This document shows, one piece after another, positions 10,245 through 20,129 of a DNA stretch of 64,000 nt; the stretch's first letter is position 1; each line of letters starts with the position of its first letter. The notes under the pieces were generated by a model, which was not told the DNA's origin, did not search any database, and saw only the letters and a list, made by a program, of their open reading frames with translations. Location: assembly GCA_963847625.1 (NCBI GenBank), contig CAWKAR010000003.1, positions 64,001 to 128,000 of the forward strand, given 5' to 3'. The position numbers and the translations under genes are program-made. Source of the stretch: a candidate division FCPU426 bacterium (lineage in GTDB: Bacteria > Oederibacteriota > Muellerivitia > Muellerivitales > Muellerivitaceae).

Positions 10245-11366
10245 ATGAAAAATAACCGGTCTGCTTTTTTGATGCGCGTGGTTCGTTTCGGCGCTTTTGC
10301 TTTCCTTCTATTGGGTTTCGGTTTAATGAGTTCGACCGGTTGCAAGCATAGGCAACCCCCTCCCCCTCCTCCTCCCCCAACTCCGACGCCGATTGTCGCG
10401 CCGGGCAGCCTGGTTTACGTCCAACGCGGCCACCTGGCGCGGTTGGATCTGGACAGTTCACAAATCACGCCGTTGACGAGCGGAAAAAGCTTCGAGTGGT
10501 TCCCGGCTTGTTCCCCCGACGGGAGCCAGGTCCTATATTGGTCTAACGCCGAAAGCGGGCGCTACAACATCTGGAAGATGAGGCAGGACGGCACCCAACG
10601 GACGCAATTGACCTTCGACGAGGAAAACACCCTGAGAATCGGGGACCAGAATCTCCAGGTCAACGCCTGCCCCGCCTGGTCCTTTGACGGGAAGAAGATT
10701 TTTTACGCCACCGGCGGGAATCTCTGGATGATGGATTCGGACGGTTACAATCCCGAAACGCTCCTGATCGACCACAATGCCCTTTGTCCCGCCCCCTCCC
10801 CCAACGGCAAATCGGTTCTTTTCGTCTCCAACAAGGAAGACATGGTCTACAACCTTTGGTCACTGAACCTTTCGGACAGAAGCCTGAAAAAAATCACCCA
10901 ATACACCGATTGGAACGTGGGCTCTCCCTCCTATTCCAAGGACGGAAATAAAATAATGTTCAACCTCTACCGTTCCAACACTTCCCAGATCTATACGATG
11001 AGCACCGACGGTACCAATCCCGTGAACATCACGACCAACATCCACAGCCTCTGCCCCAAATTTGCCGTGTACGACAATAAAATCGTGTATTGCGGCTGGG
11101 AAACCTCCGAGGATGAGGGACTGAATGTTTACATCATGAAAGCGAACGGTACCGACGGGAAAGTCCTGACGACGGAAGGAGGAGCCTCTCCGAGCTGGGC
11201 TTCGGCTAGCGTTATCACTGCCACGCTCCCTACGCCCGGAGCCCTTACTCCCACGGTTCCAACTCCCGTCGCCGCGGCTCCTATCGCCCCCAAGCCTACT
11301 GCCACAGTCGCCGCCGTGACTCCAGTTATATCACTTCCGTTGTTCCCCACTCCCACGAAAAAATAA
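10245..11366 (+). CDS. TolB-like (PD40) beta-propeller lipoprotein
   Basis: STGC lipobox, polyproline, repeats CSPDG/WSFDG/PSPNG/YSKDG, Pro/Thr tail. Confidence 0.8.
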   Translation: MKNNRSAFLMRVVRFGAFAFLLLGFGLMSSTGCKHRQPPPPPPPPTPTPIVAPGSLVYVQRGHLARLDLDSSQITPLTSGKSFEWFPACSPDGSQVLYWSNAESGRYNIWKMRQDGTQRTQLTFDEENTLRIGDQNLQVNACPAWSFDGKKIFYATGGNLWMMDSDGYNPETLLIDHNALCPAPSPNGKSVLFVSNKEDMVYNLWSLNLSDRSLKKITQYTDWNVGSPSYSKDGNKIMFNLYRSNTSQIYTMSTDGTNPVNITTNIHSLCPKFAVYDNKIVYCGWETSEDEGLNVYIMKANGTDGKVLTTEGGASPSWASASVITATLPTPGALTPTVPTPVAAAPIAPKPTATVAAVTPVISLPLFPTPTKK

Positions 11367-11479
11367 GCGCAATCCCACTTAACAATCCGTAAAACACGCG
11401 GGATGAAAATATTTAATAATAGGTTTGTTTTGGGTGGAAAGCCGATACTTGGCAGCCAGCTAGATTTTTGCCCAATTTT

Positions 11480-12784
11480 CTATTTCAAAAGCTCCGGATA
11501 AAGCGGGAACTTTTCCGAGACTTCAGCGATCTCGTCCTTCACCTTTCGGCGGACGCCCTCGTCCTCGGGGGCCGAAATCACCTCGTTGATCCACTTGGCG
11601 ATCAGCTTGAACTCCGCTTCCTTGAAGCCGCGGGTCGTCAGGGCGGGCGATCCCAGCCGCAACCCGCTGGTCAAGAGGGGCGACTCGGTATCCCAGGGAA
11701 CGGCGTTCTTGTTGGCGGTTATGTTGGCGTCATCCAGCACTAGTTGGGCCTGTTTGCCGTTGATTTTCTTGTTCCGCAGGTCGATCAACATTAAATGGTT
11801 GTCTGTCCCACCCGAGATGACCTGGAAGCCAAAACCCATCAGCTCCTCGCAGAGAACCTTGGCGTTGGCCTTGATCTGCATTGCGTAACCCTTAAAGGAA
11901 GGCTGAAGGGCTTCCCCGAAGGCTACGGCCTTGGCGCCAATCACGTGCATCAAGGGCCCGCCCTGGATGCCGGGGATAATTTGGCTGTCCAAAAGTTCGC
12001 CCATTTTCCGGGTGCGGCCGCTTTTGGCAGCGGTCACTCCAAAGGGATTCTCGAAGTCCTTCCCCATCAAGATTAAACCCCCGCGGGGCCCCCGGAGGGT
12101 TTTGTGGGTGGTGGAGGTCACCACGTGGCAATGGGGCATGGGGTTATTCAATTCCCCGGCCGCGATCAAGCCGGCGGTATGGGCGATGTCTGCCCAAAGG
12201 AAAGCCCCCACCTCGTCGGCGATTTTCCTGAACTCGGCATAATCAAAGTCCCTCGAATAAGCGGAGGCTCCGATGCTGATCATCTTGGGATGGTACTTGT
12301 GAGCCAGGTCCCTCACCTGGCCCAGGTCCACCCGGCCGTCCTCCTTCCGGGTCTGGTAGGCGAAGAAGTTGTACATTTTCCCTGAGAAGTTCACCTTGCT
12401 TCCGTGAGTCAGATGTCCGCCGTGGGTCAGGTCCAGGCCCAGGATGGTGTCACCTGGCTTGACGAAGGTGAAATACACGGCCATGTTGGCCTGGCTTCCC
12501 GAATGGGGCTGGACATTCACGTACTCGGCGTTGGAAAAAAGCCGGGCGGCCCTCTCGCGTGCCAGGTTCTCCACCACGTCCACGTACTCGCAGCCGCCGT
12601 AATAGCGGTTCCCGGGATAACCTTCCGCGTACTTGTTCGTCATCACCCCGCCCTGGGCCGCCATGACCGCCAGACTAGTGAAATTCTCGGAAGCAATGAG
12701 TTCCAGTTTCTTGTTCTGGCGCTTCACCTCGTTCAGGTTGGCCTTATAAACTTCGGGATCGGCTTTCAGGAAATCCATGAACAT
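11480..12784 (-). CDS. glyA: Serine hydroxymethyltransferase
   Basis: [34 protein letters not shown]. Confidence 0.97.
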   Translation of the reverse strand: MFMDFLKADPEVYKANLNEVKRQNKKLELIASENFTSLAVMAAQGGVMTNKYAEGYPGNRYYGGCEYVDVVENLARERAARLFSNAEYVNVQPHSGSQANMAVYFTFVKPGDTILGLDLTHGGHLTHGSKVNFSGKMYNFFAYQTRKEDGRVDLGQVRDLAHKYHPKMISIGASAYSRDFDYAEFRKIADEVGAFLWADIAHTAGLIAAGELNNPMPHCHVVTSTTHKTLRGPRGGLILMGKDFENPFGVTAAKSGRTRKMGELLDSQIIPGIQGGPLMHVIGAKAVAFGEALQPSFKGYAMQIKANAKVLCEELMGFGFQVISGGTDNHLMLIDLRNKKINGKQAQLVLDDANITANKNAVPWDTESPLLTSGLRLGSPALTTRGFKEAEFKLIAKWINEVISAPEDEGVRRKVKDEIAEVSEKFPLYPELLK

Positions 12785-12958
12785 GTTCGGTACCGCCTTT
12801 TTGAATAATTGATAATATTGTCACCGCTGGCCCGCAGCGGTTGGTATTTTACTGGTGTTCCTTAACTTCCTTTACCAAGATGATATGGACCCGCGGCAAA
12901 TAACTTTTTAGGGATTATACGTCCGGTTGAAGCCATCTTCCCACTTAAAGAAAATTTT

Positions 12959-13297
12959 TTAAACCGACCGCCAGACAATCTTTTTTTTCTTGCGCCATTT
13001 TGCTTTTCCAGCCCATCCGGAAGGCACTTCCAGGCAGGAACGGGATTCCCTGGGTCCGATAAAAAAACGACAAGGTTTGGCCGAAGGAAAGATTTTTAAA
13101 ACCCGGTCCTCTGCGTCAAGAAAAACCAGGTCCGGTTTGAGAAAGGTGAAAAAGGTATGGACCGCCCGGCACCTGGGAAACAGAATTCCCTGCCAACGAG
13201 AGGGCCATGTTCCCTTGCCCATCAAACCAAACAACCTCGGAAAATAAGAGCCGGCCCACTTCACCCGTAGTGCCCCGCTCCCCAGTCGGGGGCTCAT
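12959..13297 (-). CDS. DUF192 family protein
   Basis: RLFGLMG, GILFPRCRAVHTFF, DLVFLD, CLEVP; ATGA overlap with the tadC-like stop. Confidence 0.75.
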   Translation of the reverse strand: MSPRLGSGALRVKWAGSYFPRLFGLMGKGTWPSRWQGILFPRCRAVHTFFTFLKPDLVFLDAEDRVLKIFPSAKPCRFFIGPRESRSCLEVPSGWAGKAKWRKKKKIVWRSV

Positions 13298-14166
13298 TTG
13301 CCGAAGAATTGGAGAAGGATGGACCCGAAAATGATGATAAAGGTGACAGGCAGGATACAGAGAATCAGGGGGAGGAGCATCTTGACGGGCAATTCCTGGA
13401 CGGCTTTCTCGGCCCTCTGGGACTGCTTGTCCCTCATGGTCAAAGATAACTGCCCCAGGGTCTTGGCCACGCCTGTCCCGAACTTTTCTGCGTGGATTAG
13501 GCTGGTGGCGAAAAGGGAGAAATCCGTCAGCTTCAGGCGGTCCGCCACGGACGTCAGGGCGGCCTTGCGGCTGGAGCCGCTTTTGGTTTGCTCCAGGAGC
13601 AGCCCGAATTCCTGTGCTAAGGGCCCGGGTTGGGTATTCTCGTGGTAATGGGCGATACCCTGCTCCACCGATAGACCCGCCTCGCAGCAAAGGGCGAGGA
13701 CCTCCAGGGCGTTGGGAAGGTCCCGCAGGAGGATCTTTTCCCGCCGGGCGGCCTGATCTTGGAGCCAGATCAAGGGAAGAGCCGCTCCCATCGCGAAGGC
13801 CAGGACCGCGAACAAAAAACTGTCAGATAAGAGGAAGAAAAAAACGGCAGCGCCTAGGGAAGAAACGGTCTGGAGGTTCAGGAGGTTGGCCAGTTTGAGG
13901 TCCCCCCGGCCCGAGCGTTGCAGTTGCCGAGAAAGGTAATGGCGGTAACGAAGCAGGGGGGGCCATCCTGCTCCCAGATTTTCCAAACCATCCCCGGGAA
14001 AAAATGAAAGCCATTGAAGGAAAGGCTTCTTTTTCCCCTGTTCCATCAGGTTCATTAAACGCAGATTTTGACGGTAGCCCGATATTTTATGGATCCCGGT
14101 AAGGGCCAGTTCCCGCATGAACCACCCAAAACCCAAGGCTGAAAGCGCCAGGAACATATAGACCAT
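13294..14166 (-). CDS. tadC: TadC-like pilus platform protein (T2SS F family)
   Basis: LPNALEVLALCCEAGLS, AEKFGTGV, RAEKAVQELPVKMLLPL. Confidence 0.8.
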   Translation of the reverse strand: MVYMFLALSALGFGWFMRELALTGIHKISGYRQNLRLMNLMEQGKKKPFLQWLSFFPGDGLENLGAGWPPLLRYRHYLSRQLQRSGRGDLKLANLLNLQTVSSLGAAVFFFLLSDSFLFAVLAFAMGAALPLIWLQDQAARREKILLRDLPNALEVLALCCEAGLSVEQGIAHYHENTQPGPLAQEFGLLLEQTKSGSSRKAALTSVADRLKLTDFSLFATSLIHAEKFGTGVAKTLGQLSLTMRDKQSQRAEKAVQELPVKMLLPLILCILPVTFIIIFGSILLQFFGK

Positions 14167-14168
14167 CT

Positions 14169-15047
14169 TTACACCTCCAGCTGCAGGAGCCGGCGGATCC
14201 AAAGGAAACCGACTCCTTCTAGGACAAAAGCCACGGCCAGAAAACCCCACCCCAAAGGTTGTGTGAACAGAGGCGTCATGAGGGAGGGATCCATCAGGTA
14301 AAAAACGACTGCCAGCAAGAAGGGCAGGCATCCCATCATGAGACCGGAAAGGCGGGCTTGGGCCGTCATGGCCCCCATTTTCCGAAGGATGCGGTTCTTT
14401 TCCTCCATCCCATCTAATAGGACCTGAAGGAGGTGGCTGAGATTGGCCCCGGTTTGCCGGGATACCTTGTAGGACTCCAGGAATTGGCGGAATTCCAGGA
14501 AACTTGGGAACCGGTCCGACATCTTGGCCAAGGCCGTCTCGGTGGAGGAACCCAGGTCGATCTCAGTGCAAACTCCCGCGATTTCTTCCTTGAGGGGGGA
14601 AGGGCTTTCTCGGGACAGGTAACCTAAAACTTGGGAAACGGTCTGGCCCGTCTTCAGGGCCTGGATCATCATTCCGAGGGTTTGTGGGAACACTTCCCGC
14701 ATGGCCTTCAGTTTTTTCAACAGATCCCGATTCTTAATCCAAAGAGGGACCTTCTTCATGAGTAGCCAGGTACATGCGGAAACCAGAGCTAAAAGTAGGC
14801 CGTACTCCGGAAGGTCAATAGCGATGAGGCAAAAGCAGACAAGGAGGGCTAGAACAAAGAAGGCGCCTTTTACCGAGGCCTTCCTTTTTTGGGTGGGAAA
14901 CCATTTCGCAAGTTGGCTCCAACGCGGACTCAGGGAGATTTTCCCCTTTTCCAGGAAAATCATCACAAGTCCGAAGGCCGACAAACCCACGGAAAAGCTT
15001 CCCAGGAGGATTCCAGGTAGAAACGCCATGGAAAGGGCGCTGGTCAT
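14169..15047 (-). CDS. tadB: TadB-like pilus platform protein (T2SS F family)
   Basis: FPQTLGMMIQALKTG, QTGANLS, MTAQARLSG, C-terminal TM pair. Confidence 0.8.
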   Translation of the reverse strand: MTSALSMAFLPGILLGSFSVGLSAFGLVMIFLEKGKISLSPRWSQLAKWFPTQKRKASVKGAFFVLALLVCFCLIAIDLPEYGLLLALVSACTWLLMKKVPLWIKNRDLLKKLKAMREVFPQTLGMMIQALKTGQTVSQVLGYLSRESPSPLKEEIAGVCTEIDLGSSTETALAKMSDRFPSFLEFRQFLESYKVSRQTGANLSHLLQVLLDGMEEKNRILRKMGAMTAQARLSGLMMGCLPFLLAVVFYLMDPSLMTPLFTQPLGWGFLAVAFVLEGVGFLWIRRLLQLEV

Positions 15048-15760
15048 TCCGATACCCCCGCCCCTTTCTTGACTGATTCCCTTTGCTCGATGCGGCTCAG
15101 GGCATCCTCGGCGGCAAGCCGGTATGCCGGGTCCTTGGTTGAAGCCAGCAATTTCTGCATCTCGGATTTGGCCTGATTTAAGTTTTGGATTCTCAGGTAG
15201 GTATTGGCCACCATCAACTGAGCCGCATCAGCCAAGGGATCGTTCGGCGTCTTCTCCACTACCTCCCGGTAGGCAGTCAGGGTGTCCCCAATTTTCCGGG
15301 TCAATAACAGACAGTTGGCGATTTGATACTGGGCGTAACCGGCCATGCTCCTGCCTTGTTCCGAAAGGAGGAGCTTTTGGTACTCCCTCATGGCCCTTTC
15401 ATGCAATCCCTGCCAGTAATAACAATCCGCCAGGAGTTTTTGCCCGATGGCGGAACGGGGCCCGTTCGGGTAGAATTCCAGCATTTGCTTCAGTGGCAGG
15501 CGGGCGGCCGCGAACGCGGATTTCTCGTAAATGAGGACATAGGACTCCAGATAAAGGGCTTCCTCGCGGTCCGGGGATGGCGGCGTCTGGCTGGCGATGA
15601 CTCTGGTAATGCCCAAAGCCTCCTCGTATTTCCCGACCGCGACCAGGTCCCTCAGTTTTTTCACGGGACCGCTGACGGCTGCCGGAGCCGGGGACTTGTG
15701 TTGGCCGCATCCGAAAAGGGGGAATATCGCCACGAGAATGACGCAGGTTATTTTTTTCAA
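15044..15760 (-). CDS. TPR lipoprotein (BamD/CpoB-like)
   Basis: LFGC lipobox; TPR repeats with YPNGP and TPNDPLADAAQ. Confidence 0.7.
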   Translation of the reverse strand: MKKITCVILVAIFPLFGCGQHKSPAPAAVSGPVKKLRDLVAVGKYEEALGITRVIASQTPPSPDREEALYLESYVLIYEKSAFAAARLPLKQMLEFYPNGPRSAIGQKLLADCYYWQGLHERAMREYQKLLLSEQGRSMAGYAQYQIANCLLLTRKIGDTLTAYREVVEKTPNDPLADAAQLMVANTYLRIQNLNQAKSEMQKLLASTKDPAYRLAAEDALSRIEQRESVKKGAGVSE

Positions 15761-15771
15761 GGCATCCTCTC

Positions 15772-17406
15772 CTACATTTGTTCCGGGGCTGAAACTCCCA
15801 GGAGTTTCAGCCCGTTTCGGATGACGTTCTTGACGCCCAAAGCCAGGCTCAACCTCGCCGCCGCGGTTTCCGCTGGGGCGTCCAGGATGCGGTGCTTGGC
15901 GTAAAAGAAATGAAAGTCCGCGGAAAGGGATTGCAAGTAAGCCACGATCCGTTGGGGCTCGAAAGCACGGCCGCTCTCAAAAACCCATTGTGGATATTCC
16001 AGGATTTCTTTCAAGAGTAAAAATTCCTCCGGTTCCCGGAGGGAAGTCATCCGCTCCGGCTCCAGGGCGGGTTGGACCCCTCTTTCCAGGGCCTTCCTTA
16101 GGAGGCTGCAGATCCGGGCATGGGCGTATTGGACGTAAAATACGGGGTTTTCCTCGGTTTGTTTCCGGGCCACCTCAATGTCAAAATCCAGGTGGCTGTT
16201 GGATCCGCGCATGACGAAGAAAAACCTGGCCGCATCTTTCCCTACCTTCTCCAACAACTCGTCCATGGTCACGAATTTCCCCTCCCGCTTGGACATCTTC
16301 ACTTTCTCCCCCCCCTCCAGCAGGTTGACCTGCTGGGCGACCAGTACGATGAAGTTTTCGGTGGGAAGCTTCAAAGCCGCCAGGGCGGACTTCATGCGTT
16401 GGATGTGTCCGTGGTGGTCGGGTCCCCAGATATCCAGCAGCTTCGTGAAGCCTCTTTCGAACTTTTGGAGGTGGTAGGCGATGTCCGCGGCGAAGTAGGC
16501 CGGCTTGCCGTCGCTCTTGAGGAGGACCTCGTCTTTGGGCGCCCCGAACTCGGAAACCCTGATCCAAACGGCCCCGTCTTTCTCGTAGCAGATTCCGGAC
16601 TTCTTAATCTGGTCCAAAGTGGTTGACAGGTATCCGGAATCATGGAGTTCCTTTTTCTCGGAAAACCACCGGTCGAAGGAAACACCGTAAGCTAAAAGGG
16701 ATTTCCTGTGCCACTCAATGACCCGGGCCATCCCCCATTCCCCGGGTTCGGGCTGGTCGCCCGGCAATTGGAGGTATTCCCGGGCCAAGTCTTCCATATA
16801 AGCCCCTTGGTACCCCCCCTCCGGGGCGGGGCGGGTTTTGCCTTGAACCCTGTCGCAGGCGGCCAGGAGGGATTCGCCGAAAAGGCGGGCCTGGACCCCG
16901 GCGTCGTTGATGTAGTACTCCCGGACGACTTCGGCTCCCGAGGAGGTGAGCAGGTTGGCGATGGAATCCCCGAGGGCGGCGGCCCGGGCGTTCACCACGT
17001 TCAAGGGCCCGGTCGGGTTGGAACTGACGAATTCCAGGAGAACCTTCAGGCCCTTGCCTTGAGCGTTCGTCCCATAACTCTCATCCAGGGCCAAAGCGCC
17101 CGACAAGGCGGAATAAAACGCCGAGGGCAGGAGCTTCATGTTGATGAATCCCGGCGGTGCGGCCGCGGCCGTCTCTAGGAGAGGTTCCTCGGTTTTCAGG
17201 TTTACCGCGATCTCCCGGGCGATCTCCAGCGGGGGGCGTTTTATCTGTTTCCCAAGCATGAGGGCGAGGGGGGTCGAATAATCGCCATGGGCCTTGTCCT
17301 TGGGTGCTTCCAGGGAAACAGCGCAATCGGGGAGGCCGAGGGTGGAGGCCGATTTTCGCAAGGCCTGCCGGAGAGCTTCCTGGAGGGTGAAAATATCGTG
17401 TTTCAC
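15772..17406 (-). CDS. argS: Arginine--tRNA ligase
   Basis: HGDYST, EFVSSNPTGPL, YYINDAG, KMSKR, NPVFYVQYAHAR. Confidence 0.97.
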   Translation of the reverse strand: MKHDIFTLQEALRQALRKSASTLGLPDCAVSLEAPKDKAHGDYSTPLALMLGKQIKRPPLEIAREIAVNLKTEEPLLETAAAAPPGFINMKLLPSAFYSALSGALALDESYGTNAQGKGLKVLLEFVSSNPTGPLNVVNARAAALGDSIANLLTSSGAEVVREYYINDAGVQARLFGESLLAACDRVQGKTRPAPEGGYQGAYMEDLAREYLQLPGDQPEPGEWGMARVIEWHRKSLLAYGVSFDRWFSEKKELHDSGYLSTTLDQIKKSGICYEKDGAVWIRVSEFGAPKDEVLLKSDGKPAYFAADIAYHLQKFERGFTKLLDIWGPDHHGHIQRMKSALAALKLPTENFIVLVAQQVNLLEGGEKVKMSKREGKFVTMDELLEKVGKDAARFFFVMRGSNSHLDFDIEVARKQTEENPVFYVQYAHARICSLLRKALERGVQPALEPERMTSLREPEEFLLLKEILEYPQWVFESGRAFEPQRIVAYLQSLSADFHFFYAKHRILDAPAETAAARLSLALGVKNVIRNGLKLLGVSAPEQM

Positions 17407-17411
17407 TTATA

Positions 17412-17777
17412 TCACAAGTGGGAGGTAAGGATGGCTTTGTAAAGAAGCGAATGGACCTTCAATTCGATGGCGGCAAAGTCGGTTTTCCGGCCCTCGAAAA
17501 ACTCGAGGATCATTTTTTCCAGATCCGTGCCGGGTGAGCGCAAGAAATCAATATTCCTCTCCCCCTCTGCGTTGGTGGTGACATGCACCAACCCCATCCC
17601 CGCGAAGGTCTGCAGCTTGGTTTCCAACGCGTCCTCGGATAAGGAAAGGATTTCCATGATGAGTTTCAGCGGGAATTGGGAACCCTTCATCAGGATCCAA
17701 ATTCCCAACAGGATGCGGGAGGTGGTATTGGAAAAAAGTTTTTTGAACTTGTTTCTATCAGTGGCGTAATCTTCCAT
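17412..17777 (-). CDS. Hypothetical protein, possibly winged helix
   Basis: 121-aa ORF from MEDYATD, tightly packed between the LytR-C gene and argS. Confidence 0.6.
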   Translation of the reverse strand: MEDYATDRNKFKKLFSNTTSRILLGIWILMKGSQFPLKLIMEILSLSEDALETKLQTFAGMGLVHVTTNAEGERNIDFLRSPGTDLEKMILEFFEGRKTDFAAIELKVHSLLYKAILTSHL

Positions 17778-18618
17778 GTCGGCGCTCCCGGAGTTTCGGA
17801 TAATCCATACCCACGATAACAACCACATCGACCAGAGGATTGGGGGCCGTGGCATCCTCGAGGCGGTCCTTGGGGAGCCCCAATCGTCCCATGGCCTCTT
17901 CCAGCGCGACCGGAAGGCCCAGGCCGGTCCGGACGATGGTTTCAGGGTAGTGAAAACGGTCGGCGTTTCCTGTGTCCGTAATGACGATTCCCGGGCCTTT
18001 GAAACGGCGAGCGACCCAATCGGCGGCATTAGTTATACCACAACCATTCAGGATTTCCACACGCACGGGTCCCGCGCCCACGGGAGTCGGGGAAACGGAA
18101 GGAATCTCGGTGAGCCTGGGCGCCCCGAAAGAGGCGTGCCCCAAATCCTCGATTTGGATTTCGGAAGAGCGGTAGGGGGCAGGCGGAGGATTGGACGTCC
18201 AAAGCGCGAGGAATGCCCGGTCCGGCCAAGTCAGGTTATCCAGGACCGTTTCCGGGTTGTCGGAGAAAAACGACTTGATCCCCCCGCCCAGGTACCAGGG
18301 CCAACCCTCCTCCGAATGCGGCATGCCGGCGGCAAAAGCCCATTTACCAAACTGCTTGGAGAAGACCACCAGGTGCTTTTCGTCCATTTGGGCCAATATT
18401 TCGGAAGCCTGATCTCGTTGTTCAACGTTCAGAGGAATGGTATGGACCTTGTTTTCCGCGCGATTGAGGGGGATGTCCAATTGGTACGCCTCCACGGTCT
18501 TGCCGGTTCCCCTCAGGACAAAAGCTCTCAACGGATGATTACCCATTCCGTAATAGCTGGCCAGGGCGGCTGAGAATAAAACGGCGATGAACAAGAAGAA
18601 TTTAAAAAATGTTTTCAT
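17758..18618 (-). CDS. LytR C-terminal domain membrane protein
   Basis: N-terminal TM; VRVEILNGCG, GNAD and DVVVIVGMDY motifs of LytR_C. Confidence 0.8.
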   Translation of the reverse strand: MKTFFKFFLFIAVLFSAALASYYGMGNHPLRAFVLRGTGKTVEAYQLDIPLNRAENKVHTIPLNVEQRDQASEILAQMDEKHLVVFSKQFGKWAFAAGMPHSEEGWPWYLGGGIKSFFSDNPETVLDNLTWPDRAFLALWTSNPPPAPYRSSEIQIEDLGHASFGAPRLTEIPSVSPTPVGAGPVRVEILNGCGITNAADWVARRFKGPGIVITDTGNADRFHYPETIVRTGLGLPVALEEAMGRLGLPKDRLEDATAPNPLVDVVVIVGMDYPKLRERRHGRLRH

Positions 18619-19196
18619 CCTTTTCCCCGATTTAAGAACCCGTTCCAAGTTTCAACCAGTCTCGGATGGATCCTCGATTTCCTTTCGAGCAAAAACATCA
18701 AAGTCATGGAGGCTTTGGCCAAGACGCCCTCCCTCAAACTCCGTCCTGCGATCCGTGCCGCCCGTGAACGGCCCTTGAATTCCCGGCTCGGCTCGATGAA
18801 ATCGGCCAAAAACAGGACCTGGGCCAAGCGGCCCATGTTGGAGCTACCCGTCGTGTGGCATCGGATGGCCTCTAAAACCGCCGGGTCGCGGATCCCCCAT
18901 TTTCTATAGGCGATGGCCGCTCCCGCGTGCGAATGCCACAGGCCCTGCATTTCTTTTTCCAGGGGATCCAGCCGGAACGGGCTTCGGTCAAGCCAATATT
19001 TCATTTCCTCCCTAGTCAGTTCCTTCGCACAGTCATGCAGCCAAGCCGCCAACCGCGCTTTCCCTGCTGAAAGCCCATGGCGAAGCGCCAAGCGGCTGGC
19101 GCATTCAACGACCCCTTGGATATGCCGGTAGCGCCGGGGGCCGGCGTGGGTCCTCACCCAATCCCTTATTTCATCCAACTTAACCTTCGGGGCCAT
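18615..19196 (-). CDS. yqeK: HD-domain Ap4A hydrolase
   Basis: RYRHIQGV, LHDCAKE, WHSHAGA, IRCHTTG, LFLADFIEP. Confidence 0.88.
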   Translation of the reverse strand: MAPKVKLDEIRDWVRTHAGPRRYRHIQGVVECASRLALRHGLSAGKARLAAWLHDCAKELTREEMKYWLDRSPFRLDPLEKEMQGLWHSHAGAAIAYRKWGIRDPAVLEAIRCHTTGSSNMGRLAQVLFLADFIEPSREFKGRSRAARIAGRSLREGVLAKASMTLMFLLERKSRIHPRLVETWNGFLNRGKG

Positions 19197-20125
19197 CAAC
19201 CGTATATCCCGGTGTAAGCGATCCCTCGGATGATGGTGCGCTGGAAAAGAGCGAGTAATATGATGGGCGGCACGGCGCTGATAGCCAGCGCCGCGAGCGT
19301 CACGTTCCAAGGCTCGCCGGTCTCCACCAGCCGTTGCACGCCCAAGACCAGGGGATAGTAATCGGGGTTGTTAAGTACGATCAGGGGCCAAAAAAAACTG
19401 TTCCAAGCGGTGACAAAGGAAAAAACCGCCAAAAAAGAAAGGATGGGCTTGGTCATGGGGAGGATGAAGCGGAAAAAAACCCGGGTCTCCCCGCATCCGT
19501 CGATCCTCGCGGCGTAGAGGATTTCGTCCGGGATGGAATCGTAAAATTGCTTGAGGACCATGATGGTGAAGGCGCTGAAGATCCCCGGCAGGATGACCGC
19601 CCAATAAGTGTTCACCAGGTTCCAACTGCCGAAACCTGGGCCGAGGGGGAAGAATTTCACGATGAGGTAGAGGGGAATGACCAGGACCTCGAAGGGCACC
19701 ATCAGGCTGGTCATGAACAACAGCAGGATGCCCCCCGCAAAACGCACCCTGAGCTTGGAGAGGGAGTAGGCGGCCATCGAACAAACCAGGAGCTGGCCCA
19801 GGACGGTCCCGGAACAAATGATCATGCTGTTCAGGAGGTAACCGGCGAAATTCACCAGCCTCCAGGCTTCCTGGTAATTATCCGGGCTAAACCGGCTCGG
19901 GAGATAGGCCTGAGGAAGGGAGTAAATTTCCTCCGGGGTTTTAAAGGAACCCAAAAGCATCCAAATCATCGGGGCGACCATGGCCAAGGCCCCCAGCAGA
20001 AGAAGAAGGGCTCCCAAGGTCAGGGCCACGCGGACCCCTAGTTTACGCCGGTCCTGGCGCGAGAGTACCCCGCGGGTGGACCCCGGCAAGTGTTGAAAAG
20101 ACACGCTTTTCCCTAAATTTTCCAT
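19196..20125 (-). CDS. Carbohydrate ABC transporter permease (MalG-like)
   Basis: EAA-like loop IPDEILYAARIDG; WNSFFWPL. Confidence 0.92.
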   Translation of the reverse strand: MENLGKSVSFQHLPGSTRGVLSRQDRRKLGVRVALTLGALLLLLGALAMVAPMIWMLLGSFKTPEEIYSLPQAYLPSRFSPDNYQEAWRLVNFAGYLLNSMIICSGTVLGQLLVCSMAAYSLSKLRVRFAGGILLLFMTSLMVPFEVLVIPLYLIVKFFPLGPGFGSWNLVNTYWAVILPGIFSAFTIMVLKQFYDSIPDEILYAARIDGCGETRVFFRFILPMTKPILSFLAVFSFVTAWNSFFWPLIVLNNPDYYPLVLGVQRLVETGEPWNVTLAALAISAVPPIILLALFQRTIIRGIAYTGIYG

Positions 20126-20129
20126 GGAA

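Noticed and set aside
12785..12958. ZMP/ZTP riboswitch upstream of glyA
   Set aside because: The conserved GCCTGGGC-type 3' element is absent; only a 7-bp hairpin at 12823-12841.
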